This document shows, piece by piece, positions 40,727-49,909 of a stretch of DNA of 64,000 nt. The notes under the pieces were generated by a model. The model made no database searches. It saw nothing but the letters and a program-made list of their open reading frames with translations, and was not told where the DNA came from. Each line of letters starts with the position of its first letter. Position 1 is the first letter of the stretch. The position numbers and the translations under genes were made by a program. Source of the stretch: an uncultured delta proteobacterium (lineage in GTDB: Bacteria > Myxococcota_A > Polyangia > Fen-1088); assembly GCA_963767925.1 (NCBI GenBank), contig CAVYGB010000010.1:800001-864000 (forward strand). The letters are read 5' to 3'.

Positions 40727-41740
40727 CTACTCCTGGCCGTTGCGCAGCGCCATCAGCTCGTCGGGCGTGAGCGCGCGGTTGTAGACGCGCACCTCGTCGA
40801 GCTGGCCCCGGAAGTTCTCGGCGTTGTCGTAGCCGGCGCCCAGGCGGGCGCTGGCCACCGCGCCATCGTCGGGCTCGCCGGTGGACATGCCGGCCAGCGC
40901 GCCGTCGACGTACAGGCGGTGCGTGGTGCCGTCGAAGGTGTACGCGAAGTGGTGCCAGCCGGCCGCGACAGCGGCGCCCGCGGCGAAGTCGGTGCCGCCG
41001 CCCGCCCAGGCCGCCACCCGGCCGGCCCGGAAGCCGAGCTTGAGCCGGGAGCCACCCTCCTGCCCGTCGGTCAGGGACACGCAGATCTGGGGCTCGGTCG
41101 GCATGGCCGCGATGCTGAACCAGAAGGTCACCGTCTGCGGCCGATCGTTGGCCGGCAGGCTGCGGGTGCCGAGGGCGACGAAGTCGTTGTCCCCGTCGAA
41201 GCGCAGGGAGCCCGGGTTCGCGTAGAGCGCGCCGGGGTAGCCGACCGTCGTGCGGACCGGGCCGTTGAGGGTGCCCGGGTTGGTGCCCATCACGTCGGCG
41301 GTCATGTTGCCGTTCATCTCGTCGAGCTTCCAGCGGCTGACCAGGCCCATCCCGAGAGTGAGGACGGCCGCGTCCGGTGGGCTGGCGTCGGGGGGCGTGC
41401 TGTCCGGGCTGCTCAGATCGAAGCCCGCGTCCGGCTCGGGCGCGACGGCGCTGTCGAGCTCGGGCGCGTCGGGCGGCGGCGGGCTGGGCGCGTCGACGGC
41501 GGCGGGTCCACCGCCCGATCCGCCGCCACCGCCCCCGCCGGTGCCACCGCTGCCGCCGGCCCCGGCCTCACCGTCGGGAACGGAGGGGCGACCGGCCATC
41601 GGTCGGGCGTCGACCTCGGCCTCGACGAATTCGCGGGAGCTGCGGGGCGCACACGAAAACGCCGACTGCAAACCAAGCGTCGCCAGCGTGTAACCGAGCG
41701 CCGTCCAGAGTCGATCCCGCCGATTTCGGCGGTGAAACAT
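40727..41740 (-). CDS. LamG/concanavalin A-like domain lipoprotein (paralog of neighbour)
   Basis: [45 protein letters not shown]. Confidence 0.87.
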   Translation of the reverse strand: MFHRRNRRDRLWTALGYTLATLGLQSAFSCAPRSSREFVEAEVDARPMAGRPSVPDGEAGAGGSGGTGGGGGGGSGGGPAAVDAPSPPPPDAPELDSAVAPEPDAGFDLSSPDSTPPDASPPDAAVLTLGMGLVSRWKLDEMNGNMTADVMGTNPGTLNGPVRTTVGYPGALYANPGSLRFDGDNDFVALGTRSLPANDRPQTVTFWFSIAAMPTEPQICVSLTDGQEGGSRLKLGFRAGRVAAWAGGGTDFAAGAAVAAGWHHFAYTFDGTTHRLYVDGALAGMSTGEPDDGAVASARLGAGYDNAENFRGQLDEVRVYNRALTPDELMALRNGQE

Positions 41741-41794
41741 GTTGTGAGCATAAGGCCTCCGACCGGGTTCCCTCAAGGCCTGCCTGGCAAAACG

Positions 41795-44700
41795 TCACCC
41801 AACCCAGACGCGCGCATTGCGAAACAGGCGCAACCAGGGTCCGTCGCCAAGCCAGTCCTTGGGCCGCCAGGAGTGCTGCACGGCCCGGAACACCCGCTCC
41901 GGATGCGGCATGAGGATGGTCGACCCGGCCGTCGGCGCTGGTGACGGCCGTGACACCCGCGGGCGAGCCGTTGGGGTTGAGGGGGTAGCGCTCCGCGACC
42001 TCCCCCCGGTTGTCGACGTAAGCGAGCGGCCACCAGCCCGGCCGCCTCCAGCACGTCCCCGTCGGCGGCCTCGTTCCACTGCACCCGCCCCTCGCCGTGG
42101 GCCACGGCGATCGGCAGGCGGGCGCCCGCCATGCCCTGCAGCAACACCGAGGGGCTCGGCTCGATCCGCACCGTCACCAGGCGGGCCTCGAACCGCTCGG
42201 AGCGGTTGCGCACGAAGCGGGGCCAGCGCTCGGCGCCGGGGATCAGCGCCTTGAGGTTGGACATCATCTGGCAGCCGTTGCACACCCCGAGCGAGAACGT
42301 GTCGGGGCGGGCGAAGAAGGTGGCGAACGCGCTCGCGCGCCCGCGGGTTGAGCAGGATCGACTTGGCCCAGCCCTCGCCGGCGCCGAGCACGTCGCCGTA
42401 GGAGAAGCCGCCACAGGCGGCCAGGCCGCGCACATCGCCGAGATCGGCCCGGCCCTCGAGGATGTCGCTCATGTGCACGTCGACCGGCTGGAACCCGGCG
42501 CGCAGGAAGGCGGCGGCCATCTCGAGCTGCCCGTTGACCCCCTGCTCGCGCAGGATGGCCACCCGGGGCCGGGCCCCGAGGTTGACGAAGGGCGCGGCCA
42601 GGTCGGCGTCGGGCTCGAAGGGGACCGACGCGGAGAGGCCCGGATCGCTGGCGTCGAGCCGGAGGGCCTGCTCCTCGGCGGCGCAGGCCGGATCGTCGCG
42701 CAGGGTCTGCATCCGGAAGGTCGTGTCGGACCAGATCGCGCGCAGGGCGCTGCGATCGGCCCGGAACAGCCGCCGGCCGGCCTGGTCGATGGTGATGCGG
42801 GGCTCGCGGCCCAGGCGAGCCGACCCGGTGAAAGAAGTCGCTCAGGCCGTGGCGGGCCAGGACCTCCCGGGCGGGGCCCACGTCGGTGGGGCGCAGCTCG
42901 ATCACCGCCCCCAGCTCCTCGGAGAACAGGGCGGCCAGGGCGTCGGGGCCCGGCGGCGTGTCGATGGCCAGCCCCATCCCGCCAGCGAGGGCCATCTCGA
43001 ACAGGGTGACGAACAGGCCGCCGTCGGAGCGATCGTGGTAGGCGAGCAGGCGGCCGGCGCTGGCCAGCTCCTGGATGGCGGCGAAGAAGCCGCGCAGGAG
43101 GCGGGGATCGTCGAGGTCGGGCGGCCGGTCGCCGAGGACGCCGTACACCTGGGCCAGGGCCGAGCCGCCGAGGCGGTTGCGCCCGCGGCCGAGATCGACC
43201 AGCCAAAGCTCGCTGGCCCCGTCGGGCGCGCCCGCCCGCTGCAGCCGCCCGATCTCGGGGGTCAGGGCCCGGCGCACGTCGGTGACCGGGGCGAACGCGC
43301 TGACGACCAGCGACAGGGGCGGCGATCACCGGCGTGCCGGGCCCGCGCGTCGCTCCTGCCAGACGGTGCGCATCGACATCGAGTCCTTGCCCACCGGGAT
43401 GGCGATGCCGAGGGCGGGGCAGAGCTCGGTGCCGACGGCGCGCACGGCCTCGTACAGGCGGGCGTCCTCGCCGGGGTGGCCGGCGGCGGCCATCCAGTTG
43501 GCCGACAGCTTCACGTCCGACAGGCGCGCCGACCGGCGCCGAGGCGAGGTTGGTGATCGCCTCGGCCACCGCCAGCCGGGCGGAGGCGGCGGCGTCGAGC
43601 AGCGCCACCGGCGGGCGCTCGCCGATGGCCATCGCCTCGCCGGTGAGGGCCGTCGTAGCCGGAGACGGTCACGGCGGCGTCGGCCACCGGCACCTGCCAG
43701 GGCCCGACCATCTGGTCGCGCGCCACCAGGCCGGTCACCGATGCGATCGCCGATGGTGACCAGGAAGGTCTTGTCCGCCACCGCCGGCAGGCGCAGCACC
43801 CGCTGGACCGCCTCGGCCAGCTCGAGCCCCCGCGTGTCGAAGGGGACCCGGGGCGGGCGCACCGTGCGGGCGTCGCGCTGCATCCGCGGCGGCTTGCCGA
43901 ACAGGACCTCCATCGGCAGGTCGATGGGGCGGTTGCCGAAGTGGGCGTCGCCGACCTGCAGGTGGGCCTCGTCGCTGGCCTCCCCCACCACCGCGAAGGG
44001 GCAGCGCTCGCGCCGGCACAGGGCCTGCGAAGCCGGTCCAGGCCGCCGGGGGCCAGCGCCAGCACGTAGCGCTCCTGGGCCTCGTTGCACCACAGCTCGA
44101 GGGGCGACATGCCCGGCTCGTCGCTGGGGACCTGGCGCAGCTCGAAGCGCCCACCGCGGCCGCTGCCGTGCAGGAGCTCGGGCAGGGCGTTGGACAGGCC
44201 GCCGGCGCCGACGTCGTGGATCGAGAGGATGGGGTTGTCGGGGCCGAGCGCCCAGCAGCGGTCGATCACCTCCTGGCAGCGGCGCTGCATCTCGGGGTTG
44301 TCCCGCTGCACCGAGGCGAAATCGAGGTCCTCGAGCGAGGCGCCCCGAGGCGAGCGAGGAGGCCGCGCCGCCGCCGAGCCCGATCAGCAGGGCGGGACCA
44401 CCGAGCACCACGATCGGCGCGCCGGCGGGGACTCGCGCTCTTGGCCACGTGCTCGGCGCGGATGTTGCCGAGGCCGCCCGCGAGCATGATCGGCTTGTGG
44501 TAGCCGCGCAGCTCGGGCTCGCCGCCGGGTCCCGGCACCTCCATCTCGAAGGTGCGAAAGTAGCCGGTCAGAGCCGGGCGGCCGAACTCGTTGTTGAAGG
44601 CGGCGGCGCCGAGCGGGCCCCTCGAGCATGATGTCGAGCGCGGAGGCCATGCGGGCAGGGCGGCCGTTGTCGCGCTCCCAGGGCGCGACGGCGCCGGGCA

Positions 44701-45700
44701 GCCGCAGGTTGGAGACGGCGAAGCCGATCAGCCCGGCCTTGGGCTTGGCCCCGCGGCCGGTGGCCCCCTCGTCGCGGATCTCGCCGCCCGAGCCGGTGGA
44801 GGCGCCGGGATAGGGGGAGATGGCGGTGGGGTGGTTGTGGGTCTCGACCTTCATGAGGATGTGCACCGGCTCGTGCTGGACGCTGGTAAAGGCCGCTCTC
44901 CGGGTCGGCCACCAGGCGATCGGCGGCGGGCCCGGCCATGACGGCGGCGTTGTCGCGTAGGCCGAGAGCACGCCCTGGGGGCTGGCCTCGGTGCTGCGGC
45001 GGATCAGCTGGAACAGCGAGCGCTCCTGGCGCTCGCCGTCGATGAGGTAGTCGGCGTTGAAGATCTTGTGGCGGCAGTGCTCGCTGTTGGCCTGGGCGAA
45101 CATCATCAGCTCGACGTCGGTGGGGTCGCGGCCGAGGGCGGCGAAGGCCTGTTCGAGGTAGTCGATCTCGTCGTCCGAGAGGGCCAGCCCCAGCTCCCGG
45201 TTGGCCGCCGCCAGCCCGGCCAGAGGGACCACCCGCAGGGGGCGGGGCTCGGCCCGGGCGAACAGGCGCTCGGCCCCGGCCAGGTCGGACAGCACCGTCT
45301 CGGTCATGCGGTCGGCGAGGCCGCGCGCGAGGGCGGCGGGATCGGAGACCAGGCCGCTCACCTGGTAGCGCACGCCGCGCTCGAGCCGCTTCACCTCGGC
45401 GAGGCCGCAGATGCGGGCGATGTCGGTGGCCTTCGACGACCAGGGGGAGATGGTCCCCAGCCGGGGGACGACGTAGAGCTCGTGGTCGGGGGCCGGGGCC
45501 TCGGCGGGGGGCGGGTCGCCGTAGGCCAGGAGCTGGCGCAGCACCGCGAGCCGCTCGGGGGCCAGGGGGGCGGCGGTGTCGACCAGGTGGACGAAGCGGG
45601 CGGCCAGGCCGCGCAGCCCCGGGTTGCTCCGCTGCAGGGCGGGCAGCCGCTGCCCGATCCGGGCGGCCGAGAGGGCGATCGGTCCATCGAGAACCAGCAT
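41795..45700 (-). CDS. purL: phosphoribosylformylglycinamidine synthase, large single-chain type; about 15 frameshifts (sequence error or pseudogene)
   Basis: Motifs in correct order across frames: [90 protein letters not shown]. Confidence 0.93.
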
Positions 45701-45753
45701 GGGCGGAGCATGCCAGCTCCGACCAATCGGGCAATCCAATAGTTTTTCATGTT

Positions 45754-45776
45754 ATCCATCGGTGATTCCGATGGAT
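45754..45776. promoter_or_regulatory. LysR-type T-N11-A operator
   Basis: ATCCATCGG-TGATT-CCGATGGAT: 9-bp perfect arms; T45759 and A45771 give T-N11-A; overlaps the LysR start. Confidence 0.7.
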
Positions 45777-46739
45777 GACTCGGCCCCCATCGACAGCGCC
45801 CGGCTGCACACTTTCCTGGTGGTGGCCCGGGAGGGCGGCTTCTCGCGGGCCGCCCGCCGGCTGGGGCGCACCCAGTCCTCGGTGAGCCAGGCGGTGGCCC
45901 TGCTGGAGCGGGAGCTGGGGGCGCAGCTGTTCCGGCGGGAGGGGCGGGGGGCGGCGCCCAGCGACGCCGGGCGGGTGCTGCTGGTCCACGCCGAGCGGAT
46001 CCTCGAGGAGATGGCGCGCACGCGCAGCCACCTCGACGCCACCCGGGACCTGCGGGCGGGCGAGCTGGTGCTCGGGACCAGCGACACCCTGGCCTGTTAC
46101 CTGCTGCCCCCGCTGCTGGCCGCCTTCCGGGCGCGTTACCCGGGGGTGGAGCTGCGGCTGGACAACCGCCCCTCCCCCGCCACCGCCCTGGCGGTCGCCG
46201 AGGGGCGGGTCCACGCCGGGGTCGTGAGCCTGCCCTTGCCCCCCGGCCTGACAAGCGGCGGCCGGCCGCTGGCCGAGCGGGTGCGCTGCCAGCCGCTCGT
46301 GCCCCAGACCGACGTGGTGATCGCCCCGCCCGGTCACCCGCTGGCCCGGCGCAAGCAAGTGGCGGTGCGCGATCTGCTGCCCTTCCCGCTCCTGCTGCTC
46401 GACCGCACCACCGCCAGCCGGGCCTTCCTCGAGCAGGCGTTCGAGCGGGTCTTCGAGCGGGCTCCCGCCGCCCGGCGCCAGCGCCCGCAGGTGGTGATGG
46501 AGATGAGCAGCGTGGAGGTGCTCAAGCGCCTCGTCGAGCGGGGCTTCGGCGTCTCGGTGGTGCCGGCCTGGGCCGCCCGCCGCGAGGCCCGCGACCGGAC
46601 GCTGATCGTGCGGCCGCTGCGCGGGCTGCCCGCCCGCCGCTCGGCCGGCCTGGCCCTGCCGCAGGCCGCCCCCCTGCCCCGCGCCACCGCCGCCTTCGCC
46701 GACCTGGCCCGCGCGCTCCTGATCAGGAGAGCGACCTAG
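45771..46739 (+). CDS. LysR family transcriptional regulator
   Basis: FLVVAREGGFSRAARRLGRTQSSVSQAVALLERELGAQLFRR HTH plus substrate-binding domain. Confidence 0.95.
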   Translation: MDDSAPIDSARLHTFLVVAREGGFSRAARRLGRTQSSVSQAVALLERELGAQLFRREGRGAAPSDAGRVLLVHAERILEEMARTRSHLDATRDLRAGELVLGTSDTLACYLLPPLLAAFRARYPGVELRLDNRPSPATALAVAEGRVHAGVVSLPLPPGLTSGGRPLAERVRCQPLVPQTDVVIAPPGHPLARRKQVAVRDLLPFPLLLLDRTTASRAFLEQAFERVFERAPAARRQRPQVVMEMSSVEVLKRLVERGFGVSVVPAWAARREARDRTLIVRPLRGLPARRSAGLALPQAAPLPRATAAFADLARALLIRRAT

Positions 46740-46740
46740 A

Positions 46741-47025
46741 GGTGAACGCCACCTTCGTGTCGCTCCTGGCGAGCTGCGGCCTCCACAAACTCGACCCGCT
46801 CGGCTACATCCGGGACCTGTTCTGCCTTCTTCCGCGGTGGCCCCCGGCAGGACATCCTCGAGCTCGCCCCCCTCAAATGGCGCGAGACCTCAAGAAGCGC
46901 GAGGCTCAGCAAGCCCTCGAAGCCAACGTCTTCCGTCGTGTGGTGCTCTCGTGCACCGTCCATCGCCCACCAGTCCTGCCGGAGCGCCCAGTCTCTGTCA
47001 GGGACGGGTGAGACCGAACGCTTAC
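46741..47025 (+). mobile_element. IS66 family remnant (transposase C-terminus plus right terminal inverted repeat)
   Basis: VNATFVSLLASC..DPLGYIRDL..ILELAP matches the IS66 TnpC C-terminus; the end ...GAACGCTTAC reads GTAAGCGTTC on the minus strand, the IS66 terminal motif. Confidence 0.85.
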
Positions 47026-47094
47026 AACCAAACCCGCCCGCACGAGCATTTACCACCACCGCGGGATGCTTGTGGCTATTTCGCGAGCCCAGCC

Positions 47095-47670
47095 CTACTT
47101 TCCGACGAGGGCGGCGAGCTGGGCTTCGATGCGGGCGGCGTCGCCGGGCTCGAAGCCGGCGTTGACGTGGCGGAGGATGCCGGCCCGGTCGATGACGTAG
47201 GAGGTGGGCATCTTGGTCGGCTGCAGGCGATCCGGCACCGCTCCCGTCGGGTCGTGGGCCAGGGTGAGCGACCACTGCTTGCGCAGCCTGAGGAACTGCT
47301 CGGCGGCGGCGCGGTCCTCGTCGATGGAGACGGCGACGATCTCCACCCCCTTGCCCCGGAAGCGCCGGGCCATCTCGTCGAGGGTGGGCATCTCGTCCTT
47401 GCAGGGCACGCACCAGGAGGCCCAGATGTCGAGCAGGACCACCTTGCCCCGCAGCGACGACAGGCGCAGCTCCTGCCGTCCCCAGAACTCCTCCATGGCC
47501 ACCTCCGGCATCGGCTCGCCGAGGCCGCGGACGGTCGTGTCTCCGCCAGTGGCGGCGGCGGCCCCCATGGCGGCGCAGCCGGCCGGCCCGACCGCGAGGA
47601 AGGACAGCCCCAGGACGAGGGCGAGCCGGGTGGCGGCGGTGGGGGGCGACTGGGACGACGGCTTGTTCAT
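47095..47670 (-). CDS. TlpA family thiol-disulfide oxidoreductase (lipoprotein)
   Basis: AAGGAG RBS; PAGC; LRGKVVLLDIWASWCVPC, MPTSYVIDRAG. Confidence 0.92.
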   Translation of the reverse strand: MNKPSSQSPPTAATRLALVLGLSFLAVGPAGCAAMGAAAATGGDTTVRGLGEPMPEVAMEEFWGRQELRLSSLRGKVVLLDIWASWCVPCKDEMPTLDEMARRFRGKGVEIVAVSIDEDRAAAEQFLRLRKQWSLTLAHDPTGAVPDRLQPTKMPTSYVIDRAGILRHVNAGFEPGDAARIEAQLAALVGK

Positions 47671-47986
47671 CTGTCGATCTCCTTGGTGGGAACTTTCCAC
47701 CCGCTGGCGCATGTCACCGCTGCCAGAACATTTCGGCAGAAACCGGCGGCGGGTGGAGAGGGCGGGCGGGCGCACCGGCCCGGACGGGACGGGCATCGGG
47801 TCGCCAAACGGGCGAGGCGAGGACGCGGGTGCTGACATGGGCTGTCAGTGGCGACGGCCGTCGTCGAGGCGGTCCCGGGAGGCGCGGTGGGGGCCGAGCG
47901 GGCACTGTTTTTCCAGGCACGTGGGGCAAGTGGGATAGCATGGCTCTACCCTTCGTCCCACCCCGCCTGCGTAGGAGAGCGCGAAC

Positions 47987-49705
47987 ATGATCCGACGTGC
48001 AACGTTGCTGTGGGCTCTCGGGCTGTCCCTGACCGCGGGCTGTACCGGCGCGGCCGGCCCCCCGGCCAGCCCAGGCACGGCCGGTGCGGGAGCCGGCGGC
48101 GCGGGCGGCGAGGTTGGGACGGGCGGCAGACCGTCGCCGGGCGGTACCGGCGGTAGCGGGGCGGCCGGCGGGTCGGGGGGAGCCGGGGGCGGGACGGCCG
48201 ACACCGGGCCGGAGCCCGAGCCGCCACCTCCGGTCGACGCCCAGCCGGCCGACACCGGCGCGGCCCCCGACCTGGCGCCGGAGCCGGGCGACGGCGGCGT
48301 GGGCGCACCCGCCGCGCCGATGGTCTGGGCCCGCAACGTCCGGATCGGCGTCGTCGAGGGGGCCCAGGGTCCCTTCGTGCGCCTCGGTCAGGGCGCCACC
48401 GTCGTGCCGCTGGCCATGCGCAACGCGCCCCTCATCGAGGGCCGGCCGCTGTTCGTGCGGGTTCACATCGCCACCGAGGCGGGGTTCTCGGCGCGCATGC
48501 TGCGCGGGGTGCTCACCGTGCGCCAGGGGGAGACCGAGCGGGCCCTCGAGACCACTCGGATGATCACCGGCGCCTCGAGCAGCGAGCGCCTCGAGTCGAC
48601 CTTCAACTTCCTCGTGCCGGCCGAGCTGATCAAGCCCGGCGCGTCGGTCTTCGCCGGGCTGTACGAGGCCGGACCGGCGCCAGCCCCCGCGGTGGCCGAC
48701 GCGCCCGAGCCGGCGATGCCGCCGCGGTTCCCGCCCACCGGCGCGGTCGAGCTCGGCGCCAAGGCGGGGCGCATGAGCCTCGACCTCGTGCTGGTGCCGG
48801 CCATCGGCGTCGGTGGCCCGATCGACGACTCGCCGGCCCGGCGCAAGAGCCTGGAGAACCACCTCTACGACGTCTACCCGGTCCAGAAGCTGAACGTGCG
48901 CTGGCGCGAGCCGCTGCGCTTTTCCACCCGCATCTCCGCCTCGCAGGGGTTCGCGGCGCTGGCCGAGGCGCGGGTCGAGGACGGGGCCACGCCCAACCAG
49001 TATTACCACCTCATGATCGCCCGGGCCGACACGCGCGAGAGCTACCTCGGCATCGCCAACTTCGCCGGCTCCGGCGAGCGCGACGGCGCCCGCCGCATCG
49101 GCATCACCTTCCTCGAGCCGCGGGTGGCCGACGCCTCGGTCGACAGCACCTCGCACGAGATCGGCCACAACCACGGCCGCAGCCACGCCCCCAACTGCGG
49201 CGCGGGTGGCCCCGACCCCGGCTACCCTTACGCCATGGGCGGGCTCGGCGTCGACGGCATCAGCCTCAGCGAAGGGGTGTTCTACCGGCGTCAGGGGCGC
49301 TTCGACATCATGGGGTACTGCTCGCCGACCTGGATCAGCGACTACACCTGGCGCGGCCTCGAGCAGCGGGTGCGCACGGTGAGCAGCTACGCCCCCGGCG
49401 CCGGCATGGCCCTGGCCGCCCGCGCGCTGCAGGCCTTCGTCACCCCGGGCGAGGCGCCGATCTGGAACCTCGTGCCCGGCAGCCTCGTCGACGCCGACGC
49501 CCCCGCCCCCACCGCCCGCCAGCGCGCGCGCCTCACCCTCGCCGACGGCACCGTCCAGGACGCCGCCGTCTCCCTCCGCACCCTCTCCGACGACCGCACC
49601 CGCGAGGTGGCCATCGACCTCCCGCTGGAAGGCGACATCACCGCCGCCGAGGTCACCCTCGACGGCATCTCCCACGCGCTCCCCCCGGCCTTCTTCCGGA
49701 ACTGA
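47987..49705 (+). CDS. lipoprotein zinc metalloprotease (M66-like)
   Basis: Lipobox TAGC; HEIGHNHGRSHAPNC, DPGYPY, DIMGYC..WISDYT. Confidence 0.85.
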   Translation: MIRRATLLWALGLSLTAGCTGAAGPPASPGTAGAGAGGAGGEVGTGGRPSPGGTGGSGAAGGSGGAGGGTADTGPEPEPPPPVDAQPADTGAAPDLAPEPGDGGVGAPAAPMVWARNVRIGVVEGAQGPFVRLGQGATVVPLAMRNAPLIEGRPLFVRVHIATEAGFSARMLRGVLTVRQGETERALETTRMITGASSSERLESTFNFLVPAELIKPGASVFAGLYEAGPAPAPAVADAPEPAMPPRFPPTGAVELGAKAGRMSLDLVLVPAIGVGGPIDDSPARRKSLENHLYDVYPVQKLNVRWREPLRFSTRISASQGFAALAEARVEDGATPNQYYHLMIARADTRESYLGIANFAGSGERDGARRIGITFLEPRVADASVDSTSHEIGHNHGRSHAPNCGAGGPDPGYPYAMGGLGVDGISLSEGVFYRRQGRFDIMGYCSPTWISDYTWRGLEQRVRTVSSYAPGAGMALAARALQAFVTPGEAPIWNLVPGSLVDADAPAPTARQRARLTLADGTVQDAAVSLRTLSDDRTREVAIDLPLEGDITAAEVTLDGISHALPPAFFRN

Positions 49706-49720
49706 CCCCCGCGCGGCGGC

Positions 49721-49891
49721 GCAGACCCCTCACCCCGCCCCGCTGCGCGGGGCGAGGGCGAACGGTCGACGGGGCGCGGAAATCGCGGCCGAATCCGCCC
49801 CGAGCGCCTGCCCGGAAGATGATCGCGGCACCTCCCAGTTGTTCGCCCTCGCCCCGCGGCAACTCGGAGAGGGTCGGGGTGAGGAGTCTGC
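49721..49891. repeat. inverted pair of REP-like elements between convergent genes
   Basis: 49721-49763 and 49841-49891: GCGGGGCGAGGGCGAAC / GTTCGCCCTCGCCCCGC perfect 17 bp; GCAGACCCCTCACCCCG / CGGGGTGAGGAGTCTGC one mismatch. Confidence 0.75.
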
Positions 49892-49909
49892 AGGCGCGGG
49901 CGGGCCGGC

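Noticed and set aside
47696..47757. Nested hairpin in the tlpA leader as a riboswitch
   Set aside because: No recognisable aptamer motif, the SD lies outside the stem, and such stems are common at this GC
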